From NCBI GenBank assembly GCA_002269645.1, contig NIVC01000721.1, positions 62,001 to 126,000 of the forward strand: DNA of 64,000 nucleotides. Direction: 5' to 3'. This DNA comes from Macrostomum lignano. Taxonomy: Eukaryota. The notes below the pieces were generated by a model. The model saw nothing but the letters and a program-made list of their open reading frames with translations. It did no database searches and was not told the origin of the DNA. This document shows positions 24,951 to 37,647 of this stretch, in pieces (the stretch's first letter is position 1; every line of letters begins with the position of its first letter). The position numbers and the translations under genes were made by a program.

Positions 24951-26847
24951 CGCAAGCGCCCAGGAAAAGGAGCCCCGTGTGTCACGACCCCTCCGAGGAC
25001 ATGGACCCCATCAAGGGGGAAAGCCGTGAAAGCTGTAGCAACAGGCGGACGTCGGAAGGCTCGGAAACCCGCCCGGAACACTGTCCGCTCTGGTCTGACT
25101 AACCGCAAACCGTCTGACTAACCGCAAACCGTCTCACTAACCGTCAAGGTCAACAACCGCAGCAAACCCCAGCCCAGTGTCATCATTGCGGCCCCCTGGC
25201 GCACAAGTACTATCTGCATGATCTCCACCCGCACATTGCAAGTGCTTTCTGATCTCCCCGGATATTTCAAGCGTCTTAAAGTATCCAGTCCGGGTATCTC
25301 AGGCTGTTCTGCGTTCTCCGGGGTACTTGCGGTCCCTCGGAAGTCACCAGAAGGTTCAAATATCCGGCCAAGAAGCTAAGGTTTGCTTTGCGATACGAGC
25401 TATCCGGATTGACGTGATTTCCGGGTCAACGAACGATTTGTCAGTTAAAAATTTTCAAAGCAAAGAAACACAATGTACGGGTAAGTACCGAATTGGCAAA
25501 AATGAAGACACAATTCTTGTGTGTATTTATTTTTTCATTAACAGAAAAGACTGCTTCTCACAACCACGTTCAGCCAATAAGATAGCTATTAGCTTTGAAG
25601 ACTTTGCGTGGGTAAAGATCAATTAGTTAAAGTGACAAAATATTGGTGTAGTGTGAGCATCTTTTGCGATAGCCTTGTATTCTATTAGTTAGGTTTTGCA
25701 TTATTGTTATTGAATTATTATTTTGCTTTAGTTTAGTCATACGTTTTGGTGTACTTTTTCCTTGTTAGTTAGAATCAATTTTGCGTAAACAGGCTAGAAG
25801 TCAGACGCTATTTGTGACTCAGCGGAGGGTTGAGTTTGTCTGCGAACCCCAGCTTTGCGCGGTCAGCCAATCAGAACCGGCCTGGACCCTGGCACGCGGC
25901 AAGTTTCAATTTTACCCGGCGCCGCGGGCACAGTGCAATTCGGCTTAGGCGAGCGGCCGGCCAGACGACCACCACCCGGCTTGAGGGGGTTTTGAGGGGT
26001 TGTGACTCTGACTATATATGAAAGTGTGTTTTGGCAATCGGATCTCGCTTGCTCCCTTTCCCCGGTTTTGTCTTGTCCAGTTCCCGGCCGGTGGCCCGAT
26101 TTCTCCTCTCTTGTTGGTTCGCGCTTTGAGGCGCCTGAATTCATCACCCCCGGTCCATATTTTTGTTCCCGCCCAACCGCAGTAGTCTTGTGGCGTAACG
26201 TCTACGGCAAATTTCTGTCTGAAGTCGTCGCTATCAAGCGCGGTTAGATAGAGACTGTCGGATCTGATCAAGTACGCGGCCTCGACCCCGAGGGCCTCAG
26301 TGTTACACTGAAGGGCAGTGCCGATAGAATTTAGTCGGTACTCCGTTGAACGGTCGATTCGGCAGGGCTCTCGTTTGAGAGTAGGTTCTGGCTTAGGCCA
26401 GGGGTTAGGAGTCTTTCTCCGTGGTCCTGTGTTCGGTGCCTCCTTCTTCTTCTTCAAGCTGAGATCCGCTTGTCAGTGCGTAATATAATCATTATTATTA
26501 ATCGTTACTATTCGTTATCATCAGTCTAATTATCTGCGTCGCGAATTTGCTTGAATCCTGTAACTTGAGTAATCAAATTAAATCGTCTAGCCAATTATCA
26601 GTTTGTATCATAGGATTATCACTCTCTAAATCTTTCGGTTTGTGTTCCCTCGTGTTCTTTATTTTCTTGTACTGTACCTGCGGCTATTGGGGAAAGACTG
26701 GTAGGACTCGCCGACCGGCGATAGGCGATTAGGATTAATAGCTTTAAAATCTTCGAACGCTCCAAGTAGGTTTGTCTAGGGCCTAAATAATTGCTCACCG
26801 TGCATGCTATTATCTAATTGCCTATTTATCACATTGGGGAAGCACTT

Positions 26848-29800
26848 TGTTATGACTTCTTCTCTAGCGGAAGACAGTGAGTCAAGATCAACAAAGTCAA
26901 CTTAAAAGTTGCACTCTTAGCAGAGCGTCTTATTTCATGTTCGTAACCTTCTTTTTTTATTTCCAAGCTTGAAGCATCGCTTCTTTAGCTTATGGCTGGG
27001 TGTGTGTGCGACTGAGTCGTCTATGGCCACACCCAACATCTCCCCCCTTACAATGGCAAAGAAAGTTTTTTTTTTAAAGTTAATGCGGGAGGAACAAATT
27101 TTAGCACTTATAGTTAACTTTGGGTTTCTCCGAAAGTCGCATGCTTCTCCTGGGTTCAATAGTACCCTCGGGAACCTCAGGGATCGGAGGTGTACGCAGA
27201 TCCTTTTGTTGTGGAGGCTCCTCTTCTTGTTTTCTCCCTGCCGCGTGCTCGCCAGCTCCGGGTGGCATTCTGTCGGTTTCTGCGGGCTCCTCGCCGGTTA
27301 GACTGTACGGATGTAGCTGATCCAAGTGAACCTTCCGATACTTTGAGTTCGGTTCATCTGTCTTGATCATGGCCATGCTCCTTCCAATAGGCAAAAGCAG
27401 TTTTGCAGTGATTGGCTTGTCTCTCTCATTTTTGTAGATAACTGGATCCTCCAGTCCAACTTGCCTCTTGGTAAACGGAACCCTGAGCTTGTGCCCCAGC
27501 AGCTGTTCTGCTGGTGACGATCCCGCTTTGTTGTCTGATGCGCGATAAAACAGCAAGAAGCGGTCAACAGACTCTTGACTGAAGCCATTTGCCTTGATGC
27601 TTTCTTTTAGCGTGCGTACGAAACGCTCTGCAACCCCATTACTTTGTGGGTGATAAGCTGCGATAGTTAGGTACTCACAGTCAATTCCTGCCAACCACTC
27701 TGTAAAGTCCTTGCTGATAAAGCATGGTCCGTTATCTGACACAAGTGTCCTTGGAATTCCAAGCTGAGAAAACGTCCTTCTGACGCACTGAATGACAGTT
27801 CGAGAAGTCATATCTTTGGTGACGTGGACTTCAGGATACCCGCTGTACGAATCTACCAGAACGAGCATGTAGTGGTTGTCGATCGGTCCTGCAAAGTCGA
27901 TATGAACACGATCCCAAGGACCCGCAGCTTCAGGCCAACTGGAGCGAAAATTTCTATTTTGCGGTTTTGCGGTCCTACAGATCTGGCACAAACCGACTGT
28001 CCGTTCGATATCGCTGTCCATGGCTGGCCACCAAAACTCCGCGCGAGCCAAGGACTTGGTGCGGGACATTCCCAAATGAACTTCGTGCACTGCTGCAATC
28101 GCTTTCATGCGTAAGGATTTTGGAATAATGATCCTGTGGCCTCGAAGAATAACATCGTCCTGAACGCAAAGTTCTTCTCGCACATTTTTGAAAGGTCGCA
28201 GTCTAGGGTGTTTGAAGCTTCCTGTCTTTATAGCGCTCTTCAGCAAGCGCATTTCGTTACACCGCTTCGTTGCTAGCCTGATTTCTTCCAGAGACACTGT
28301 AGTTGAAACCGTGTGAATGTTACCAATCTCTAGCGTTTCACCGCTTCTTCCTTGCGGAACCAATCTTGAGAGCGCGTCAGATGCCATAGCTTTAGATTTT
28401 CGATACTCGATCTCGTAATCGTACGCCGTGAGAAATATCGCCCATCTCTGCAGCCTTGCGGACACTCTCGATGGTAGCTCTTTGTCACAGGCTAAGATGT
28501 AAACGAGAGGTCGATGGTCGGTTATTAGCTTAAATTTTCTGTCACAGAGAAAACGATGACATCTTCTAACACCCCATATTATCGCAAGCGCTTCTCGCTC
28601 TATTTGCGAATAATTTCGCTCCGATGATGACAAAAGTTTGCTGATGTACAAGACAGGACGTCCTTGCTGACTCAGGACACCACCAAGGGCAATCTGCGAA
28701 GCGTCTACTTCGAGCTCAACCGGTAGCTTTGGGTCGTACGCATGCAAAGCAGCGTCTTCTGAAAGTGATTTCTGGATGTTTCTGAACGCATCTTGTTCTT
28801 TTGTGCCCCAACGAAACTCCACACCTTTGCGCTTCAGGTGCACCAACGGAGCCGATATTCCAGAAAGGTTTGGAATGAATCACGAGCAGAACGTAATCAG
28901 TCCGAGGAAGGATTCTAACTCGGAAAGATTCTTTGGAGTTTCCATTTCTTTGATCGCCCGCACTTTCTCTCCATCAGGATAAATGCGACCGCTGTCCAGA
29001 ATATGACCCAAAAACCGGACTCGAGATAAGTTCCGTTGGCATTTCTGATCATTTACCTTTAGCCCTTCCGATGCTAGACGGTAAAGTACTTGTTCTTCGC
29101 GTCCTTTCAACTCTGACTCATCGCTTCCACCAATTAATATATCGTCCATGTACGCTATTGTTCCGGGAATACCTTGGATCACTTGCGATATATACCGTTG
29201 GAAAATACTCGGAGCCGTTTTTATTCCAAACACAAGTTTATTGTACTTAAAATTTCCAAATTGTGTCGACATCACGGTTAGCGGTTTAGATGCATCGTCC
29301 AGCTCTACTTGGTTGTACGCTTTCTCTAGATCGATGATACTGTACCGAAAGCATCCCGCCACTGTCGAGAACGCTTCCTCCGGGGTCGGTGTCGGGTAGC
29401 TATCCGGGACCAGCTGTTGATTAAGCGTACTCTTATAGTCCACACATAGCCTGATACTGCCGTTGGGCTTGCCGACTACCACGACTGGAGACGCCCATTC
29501 CGAGAATTTCACAGCTTCGATTATACCTTCATCAAGTAAGCGATCCAATTCCTTTTTTACTGCTTCACGTTGAGCAAATGGTAACGGTCTTGCTTTTACA
29601 TACTTTGGTACTGCTCCGTCTTTAAGTTCCAAATGAGCTTTCATTGTAGTTGCACTTGCTGCCAGAGATGCCATATCCATGGAGACGTCCCCATTATGTC
29701 CTGTGTCCAGCTGTACACAGAGAACATCTCGCCCCAGCAAGGCATAGCTCTTGCTGCCTTTCACTACCTCAAAGTCGATGCGCTGATATTTTCCATTCAG

Positions 29801-31260
29801 TTCTACCACAGCTTCGTATCGACCTAATACCGTGAACTTGTGATCACTTACATAGCCACCCAGTTGTGTATTTGAGTTCTTAAGAGCTGGTCGACCCAAC
29901 TGTTTCCAGAGGGATTCTGACATTATGGACACACCCGCTCCAGTATCCAGCTCGCATGTCAGCGCGTATCTCTTTTGCCCTTCTAGTACGGACACTGTGA
30001 TGGAGATAGGCTTTCGGTGATCCCGATCTGGGCAGCAACTTTGCACTTCAGCGACAAATACTTCGGAATTTTCTTGAACATGTTTTACTGTTGATTTACT
30101 CGTGCCACCGGTCTTTCTATGTGAAAAGTCTGAGCCTCTGCAGGCTTTGGCAAAATGATTAGCCTTGCCACACCGGTTGCAGGTCTTACCATACGCTGGG
30201 CATTTAAACTTTTCATGATTGCCGCCACACTTCTTGCACAGCCGATCCGCCACTGCCGGAGTTTTGAAATCCTTCGACTTGGACCCTGGTTTCCGCGTTG
30301 AGACTTTCAGAACTGTTCCAGAATCTGATTTCGGAGTTGTCTTCATTATCTGCGTTTCCAGCAAACTTGAATGGGCTTCTGCTTCTGCTACCGCCTCTTT
30401 AAATGTGAGTGTTTTATGATCCTTGGTGATCAGCTTTCCAACTATGGCTTGACTGCCAAGACCGCATATGAATTGGTCACGCATTCTCACATCTCTGTTT
30501 TCAAACTCACATTTCTCAGATGCTTTTATTATTCTTTCTGCAAAAGCTCTTACCGGCTCATTGGGTTCACGGCCAATTTTTTGAAATGTAAATCTTTCGG
30601 CCAACACATATGTCGTGGGTATTAACAGTTCTTGTAGTGCTCCTGTTAGTTCCTCAAACGACATCTTGCCAGGCTTTTTTTGGAGACACATAGTCCGCTA
30701 GCTTATTGTAGAGAGCAGGTGACATTCGCATCAGCAGGACATGAGCTCGTGCAGATGCGTCCCAGTTAAATAGGGTGGCTCCGATCTCAAAACGGTCGAG
30801 CCAACGATCCAGAATGGTTGACTCCTCCAACCTTTCAATCTCAGACATACCTGAGGTTTGGCGACTGCTCTGAGTGGCGTTCTGGGCTTGAGCATCCCTT
30901 TCAGTTGCTTGGGACTGTGACCGGTTTTGAGAACCTCCTCCATTACGGCTTGGAGAGATCCCAGCAGACTTGGCCGCTGACTTCGTCGGATCTGCAGACT
31001 TCGTCGGATCCTTGCTCATTATGAGCTTGAACGTCTGACCGTCAGGTTACGATTGCTTGCGACGCCACTGTTATGACTTCTTCTCTAGCGGAAGACAGTG
31101 AGTCAAGATCAACAAAGTCAACTTAAAAGTTGCACTCTTAGTAGAGCGTCTTTATTTCATGTTCGTAACCTTCTTTTTTTATTTCCAAGCTTGAAGCATC
31201 GCTTCTTTAGCTTATGGCTGGGTGTGTGTGCGACTGAGTCGTCTATGGCCACACCCAACA
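26848..31260 (-). mobile_element. Young full-length Ty3/Gypsy LTR retrotransposon, Mag clade
   Basis: LTRs at 26848-27038 and 31069-31260 (TG..CA) differ by one substitution and one homopolymer indel. 5-bp TSD cactt at 26843-26847 and 31261-31265. PPT (taaggggggaga on minus) next to the 3' LTR; tggcg-type PBS next to the 5' LTR. Gag has two zinc knuckles, followed by PR (LDTGAG), RT (YMDD), RH (DASQ) and IN (HIDFAGP, YHPQSNGVAER). Confidence 0.97.
27101..31019 (-). pseudogene. gag-pol ORF of the Mag element, interrupted by one frameshift and one nonsense codon
   Basis: An extra A in an A7 run at ~30675-30681 separates VSPKK from PGKMSFEEL. An in-frame TGA at 28880-28882 lies within LITFCS*FIPNLS, where Arg (CGA) is expected. 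Confidence 0.88.
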
Positions 31261-32200
31261 CACTTCGACTATGCCAGCGAATAGACGTTTTCGTCCCACG
31301 CATCTGCGCACTGGGTATGTACAGTCGCTCCAATTGGACAGAAGTTTTCCACCTTTTCGATCGTCGCAACGGTAATTGCGAAGTCTAACAAGCATGCCAT
31401 GTTTGATTGTCTCCACTTCTTTGGCAATCCTCGCGTGAAGTTTCCGCATTTGGTGCTGGGCAATTTTGATTCTAAAAAACAGCACTGAAAGGCTAAGCCA
31501 GAGTCATCGAATTGCGTATGCGGTTGTAAGCCAGTTGGATTGCGTCCAGGTGCCGATCCCTGCAGTTAATGTCAGTTGGGGAGTTGCAAACCTTGCGAAG
31601 CAGGCTCAGGCACGTTTGGTTTAGCTTCTCAGTTTGTCCATTCGTCGGAGGATGGTAAGCACTCGTTAGTCGTCTTTCCGTACCACCCTCCTTTAGCAAA
31701 GCCTCGATGAGCCTTCTTTGCAAAGCCTTCTGCAAAGTTGCAGAATTCCCTGCCTTGGTCACTCAGAAGAATGCGAGGCCAGCCAAAAAGGCCAAATAGG
31801 CGCGCTTTTCAGTTCTCGAGAGATCGCGTCGGGTCGTACATTTGATATCGGACGAAAGATTGCAACTTATAGTCAGAATATAACGAGCTCCCCTCTCAGT
31901 TCTGGTCGGCATTGTAACGCAATCCAAGCATAGGAAGCCGAACAATCGTTGAGCGTCAGTAGGCCACCTCAGTAGGCCACTTCAATCGGATGTAGCGATC
32001 GTATTTCACACTGTTTGCTGGTGAACTTCTTGTTCATCCTCGATCCTCTAAAATCTATTGCACGACTTTATTACCTACGCTACAATTGTCGTATCGCTGT
32101 AGAATCGCGCGGTAAAGAGGCCAATGGTGTTCTTTATTTCCATGTGACATGAATCGACGTCCAGTGTTTTGATCTTTTCCCTGACTTCATTCTTGTAAAG
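31261..32200 (-). mobile_element. Older degenerate Gypsy integrase fragment, interrupted by the Mag insertion
   Basis: FGFLCLDCVTMPTRTERGARYILTISCNLS and LTSAYHPPTNGQTEKLNQT..LDAIQLAYN in broken frames, directly abutting the Mag TSD. Confidence 0.75.
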
Positions 32201-34217
32201 AGCACACACCACTGCTGTGCTGGGCGCCTTTTCTTCCTACTTTTTAGGAAGCCACCAAGATATCTTTAGGATAGCTCCAGAGGTATTCACAGGAGCTATT
32301 CGTGTTCACCTATCTAATAGGCAGGATGCCTCTGCCTACAAGACAATACTTCTCATCATACACTTCTGCCTCAAATTCAGCACAGAAAAGCAACAAGCAA
32401 AAGTTCAAATCCTATCCAGCTACTGAACAAAGGATCAGACCGCACTAAGTACACCCGATAAGAGAAGGCCTCTCTGCACCCAACCAGTCTGAGTACCAAG
32501 CTGCCGCGGTGACCAGGAATCCCGCAGTGACTGAGACAACCAGACAGGGGTGCTGCTGCTGCTTTTAGGTGATGTAGTTCTAGGGCGTTTCACCGACGGT
32601 AACATGCAAGACGCGTCTCAGGCGCGCATCCGGAAGCGTTTTCGGAGCAGGTTGCATGGAGATTTATCAGGCGTGGTTAGCAATCCTACTGATCCTCACT
32701 GCGGCCGCCAAACCACCTGAGCGGAGTCGATGGGATCAGACAGCTCGGATGTCTCTATAATACGCGTACGACGCGGTGCTATTCGGCGGCTTGTTGGGAC
32801 GGCGTACGACGCTCTAATCCCGCCTAGGCCCTAAGCAACCAACTCCAAAGGAACAGTATAACAGAAGGCTCAAGGTTTTCAAAGCAACGGTGGCAAATTA
32901 ACGCACGGATGCACTTGGTATATTTCCTCCTCGAGGCGGCGGAACGCGGCACAGGAGTGACGGGGGACGGAGGTTACATAGATGACGTAACGCAGAGATA
33001 ATATTGCAGGAAGGCCCAATAAATAGTCGGGCCGCCCGGGGTGCAGGACAGAAAGTTAGATCGCAAACACAAAGGGCTTAGAGCAGACATCTAATTCCCA
33101 AGGACCACTAGGAATACTTCACTATAAATCTAGTCTAGTAGTCCTTGCTAATTCACAATTGCCAAAACTGCACAAGGATCGATTGAGGGAGGCATATGGG
33201 CTCAACCAGTCCCAGCGCCTGAAGAGACCAGATAAAACTGCGAGTAGACGAGGAGAGACTAAACGGCTCTGGCCAATCGCAGGGCTGCCCATAGGCTCAC
33301 AAAAATGGGGGCGCAGGACTGGAGACGCCGGGATGAAGCGAAATAGAGCTTGCCCTATTTGGGCAGAGGGGAGATTCGGAGAGGCGACTCACAACAGTGT
33401 TAGTCGGAGTGGGGAGTAAGCCGTGCCGCCTCCCTTACATAGTCTTCCGGCGGCCTATCGGTTATACCCGCGTCGTCAAGTTTTCTGATTGGACGAGCCC
33501 GGGATGACTAGCCTGACTCTGATTCGCAGAGCTCCAGATCCCAAACCCTCTCCACCCGCGCCACCTCTCAGACACGCCAGGGAACTTGATAGGTTGCGGT
33601 CATAAATCATAAAAAACAAGATAATACATGTACAGTACGTAAGATCTATATAAAAAACGGTCAAAACTGTGAAAAAGCAGACTGAGGATTACTTTTCCAG
33701 GCTCTTTAGCACCAAAAGTGTCAGGTAGGTGGATCGTATGTAAATCAAAATTAGCCCAGACAGGTTGGACCTCCTCCTGACCTGGTGGCAGATTTCGGCT
33801 AGAAAAGTCCTTTCCAGCAGAAAACTTCGGCTAATTTCGTAATCTTGATGCATTTTAAAATGAACTTCGGTTCCAGTTTCGAGTTTTCCAGTTTTTATGC
33901 GAACTAGAAGTTCTCCATTATTTTGATTGCGAACTCAGCTGACCTGGACTGAAGCTCGCTCGAACAGCTGGGCGAAATTCTCTTCAAGTAGCCGAGCCGA
34001 GTCCTCAGCCGACAAGCGGTTGTCATCCACTTGTACTGGGAATGATCTGCAGATCAGATCGTGAGCTCCGATGTCCACGTAGGCGTGTGTGTACTCGGGG
34101 CTCAGTGGCATGGGCACGGCCATCACTGCGCCTCGATCTGTGAGAAATCCGGATCCAGGAAAAGCAATGTGCAATTACGGACCTTTACGGTGCAAATATG
34201 TACATTATTATGTACAT

Positions 34218-34889
34218 CAAGGGTCGGCAAACTTTTTCAACGTTTCAACGTAAGGGCCAGATATAAAATTTAGCGCATGACTGCGGGCCAGAGAGAGAGG
34301 AGAGAAGAGAGGCAATAGAGGAGGAAAAGGAAGAAAAGAGGAGAGAGAGAGGAGATGAGAGGAGAGTGGAGATGAGAGGGAGAAGAGGGAAGAGAAGGGA
34401 GGCGTGGGGAGAGGGGAGAGAGGCAAGATGAAGTGAGAAAGGTGAGAAGATAGAGGAGAGGGGAGAGAGGGTCGAAGGGGGAGAGGAGGGAAGGGATATG
34501 AGAGGGGAGAGGTGGGAGAGGAGAGAGGAGATAAGAGAGGAGAGTGGAGATGAGAGGAGAGGGAAGAGAAGGGAGGCGTGGGGAGAGGGGAGAGAGGGAA
34601 GATGAGGTGAGAAGGGAGAGAAGAAAGAGAAGAGGGGAGAGAGAATCGAAGGGGGAGAGGAGGGAAGGGATATGAGAGGGGAGAGGTGGGGAGAGGAGAG
34701 AGGCGATATGAGAGATGAGAGGGTAGATGAGTGGAGAGAGAGAGAGAGAGAGAGAGAGGAGGGATAGGAGACCCCGGAGGAGCGGAGAGAGGAGGAGAGG
34801 AGACCTGAGAAGAGACACAAACCTTGAGCGGGCCGGATTGCTATTGTGAAGTTTCAAAGGACCCGAGGGCCGGAGTTTGCCAACCCCTG
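34218..34889. mobile_element. hAT-like non-autonomous element containing a ~530-bp GA-rich low-complexity expansion
   Basis: TIRs caagggtcggcaaact (34218-34233) and agtttgccaacccctg (34874-34889), 14/16 complementary and of CAGGGGT.GGCAAAC hAT type. Subterminal gcgggcc motifs. No clear 8-bp TSD. Confidence 0.65.
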
Positions 34890-35274
34890 ACCAGAATACA
34901 TAAGTATGGCTTTGTTCGTGCCGCCATTACAGAAGACGGGCTTTGTGTAGATATTTTTTCGTCAGCTTGTTAATTTTTGTATACCAGACTTGATTTAATG
35001 GCAAACCCATAATTAGAGCTTGGTCTAGTAATATTTTAACCAAGCTTAATCTACTTGCACAACAGATGATGATTGGTTGGAGACAAATGTACATGTAGGT
35101 GTTGGTCAATTACAATCACTTACAGCTAATATTTAGTAACACAGCAACTCATTTTGATAATAAAAAATTACGGAAAGACAAAGACAAATGTGGTGAACTT
35201 GTGCTCTTTTGAGCACTAGCTACACTGTGCGTCACCACCGCTTACTTTAAATGTGAAGGGGTTGGGGCCTGGAA

Positions 35275-35505
35275 AGGGCCTCGTGGTTTCAGAGCGTCGG
35301 ATTCACGACTGAAAGGTCGGGGGTTCGATTCTCGACTCACTCGGAACAACTTGTGTCCTTGAGCAGGAAGACACTTAACTCTGCATTGCTTCAGTTCACC
35401 CAGCTGTAAAATGGGTGCCAGCATTAGCTGGGGTAATTGAGGGTGTGTGGCGACCCCCCAGTCCTTGGACTGAACAGCCGTACTACGCAGTTCTTCGCAT
35501 ATCGA
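35275..35505 (+). mobile_element. Second copy of the tRNA-derived CORE-like SINE
   Basis: A-box-like cgtggtttcag and B box ggttcgattc. Body tgtgtccttgagcaggaagacacttaactctgcattgcttcagttcacccagctgtaaaatgggtgccagc, homologous to the reverse complement of 17940-18140. Confidence 0.75.
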
Positions 35506-37647
35506 GGCAGAATGGCGACACGGAGCGGAGCGACTTTAAAAGCAGATTTCTGCAAGTAGCTGTCTGTTATTTTTGTTAGTTAGCAAGCTATGAAATTAAG
35601 TGGGGCTTCATCTTGTCTGAGCACACTATATATTTAGACATAAACTGGCAAAGCAAAAGCACTAGTGGGGGCTATTACACCTTTTTACGTTCAATTTTGA
35701 TCAAAGTCCAGTTCTAAAAAAACTGGATTCCTTTAGTGTATTCCTTCATCCATGATTCTAACCGAAGTAAGGTTTAGCCATAGACAAAATTATCCTGTCT
35801 GAATTGAAGTTCCGCTAGTTTTTTTAGAACTGGACTTTGATCAAAATTGAATGTGAAAAGGTTTAGTTGTGCAGACAATGTACTCAGCCCCTCGAGGAAT
35901 TTTAAAACCCCACGCACTGGAGGGCTTGAAAAACTCATCGAACAATAGGAAGCCCCCACTGGAGGGCGAGCGCAGCGAACATAGAGGTTAATGCCCTGGA
36001 GTCCCTACATCGCAACCGATATCTAACGGCTAGAGTTAAATCACTATATTATATAGGTGATATTCTGCAATAGGTATACTAAGCAATAGGTTTCGGTGCG
36101 TTTATATTGCTCTTGACCTGCTAGAATCTAACAGCCGTGTCGCTAGTTTTTGGCGCACATTTACATGTCGGAGGGATCCCCTTCCCAAAGTTCGACAAAA
36201 TAGATGCAATATGTAGCTCGTATCTCATACTTCCCATTGGATTGGACAGGTCTGGTGCTGACCTTTAATTACATATATAGTCTTCGAGTTTTTGTGCCCC
36301 CCCCCCTGAACAATTGTCCTTGTGCCATTGCCTGGGTAAGGTACATTGCGCTCGCAAAGCATGCCAGTGAAGTATGAGACAGGCCATGCGCAGGCCTATG
36401 GGCTCAGGTTTGCGATGCTTCACGCCGGCCCCAATCAGGGGTACTTGTCAAGGCAGACCCTAGGGCTGCTGGACAGACTGGGATCCGACGCTGGTCACCC
36501 TCCGACGCTGGAATGGGCGTCCGCGCCTTCACGCTGTGTCCCTCCGGGACAGCCCTACAGCGAAGTCAAGTCCAGGTACATCGCAAGTACTCGTAGTTCT
36601 TGAAAAATGCTATTCATACTAATTATTAATACAAACATCATTTGGCCATGACAGTACCAAACCGAGCAAAATATACGATAATTAACCAATGGTTCTTTAA
36701 CTAAAAATAGTCGTCAAGTTTGTCTTGATGGTTTTGTCTCGCATAGAGACGCCGAACCGCAGTACCTCTGTGACACTTGTCTCTGCCTGGCTGAAAGCTT
36801 GTAACGTGTTAGTGGGCTGGGTTGGAGGGTAATAGTTGATCAGGAAGGGCTGTGGGTAGCTGTATAGGAAGGCAGGCCTATACCTGTTCCAGTTGATGCT
36901 CTGACCGTCTCCCTCGGAGTGTCCTCTGAGCGAACAGCCAGCGACTCTATTAAAGCTGGAGCGTGCCAGAACCAGGACTGATTCTGACCAGGACGGGGCC
37001 GTTGGCACGGCCTTATAAAAATGGCGGGTTGGCGAAGCAAAGGGTGAAATAGTCCCGGCGATTAGCCCTCCTGCCGCTTCAAAGATAAGAGATTGTCTTG
37101 GCAAGAGTACCCGGGGTTTAGTTGGGGGGAGAGGCTCTTTCGGGTTGCCACGGCCGTGGGGGCGGTCATACGACCGGTTTTTTGGCTCTTTCTAACCCGG
37201 AGAAGGCACGGGCTTCCCTGATTGGTTCACTCAACCCCTTCTGGCCCCGGGGAGATTTTGATTTGAGCTTGGAGTAGGTGAGCGCCCCGAAGGCAGGGGG
37301 TAGGGCCCGCCCCTTTGCCCGACTGGTGTTGCCTGCTTAGCTTGTTGGCCACAGTCACTCTCACTCTAGCTTAGAAACCTTGTGCACATTCGTACACTCC
37401 CAATCTGGAACCCAATTTATTACTAGTGGCGTAAGAGCCTGTTCAATGGCTGAGGCGCCTTTTACTTATTTTAGTTAGTTAGTCGTCATCAAGTTAAGTT
37501 TTGTAGCCTAGAGCCATGCGCCCACACAAGGGCATTTTTGAGCAATGAGTACAATGCATATGTACTAGTTATAAAAGTCCTCTTAAAAAGTTGTTTTTAT
37601 TTTTAGGCCACCATGTTTTTGCAAATAAATGGTTTATGAATCAGATT

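Noticed and set aside
25945-26457. 170-aa minus-strand ORF between Gypsy copies
   Set aside because: No recognisable domain and embedded in repeat-derived DNA; cannot be supported as a gene without a database search.
34245-34857. Ser/Leu/Pro-rich ORFs
   Set aside because: Reverse strand of GA low-complexity sequence.
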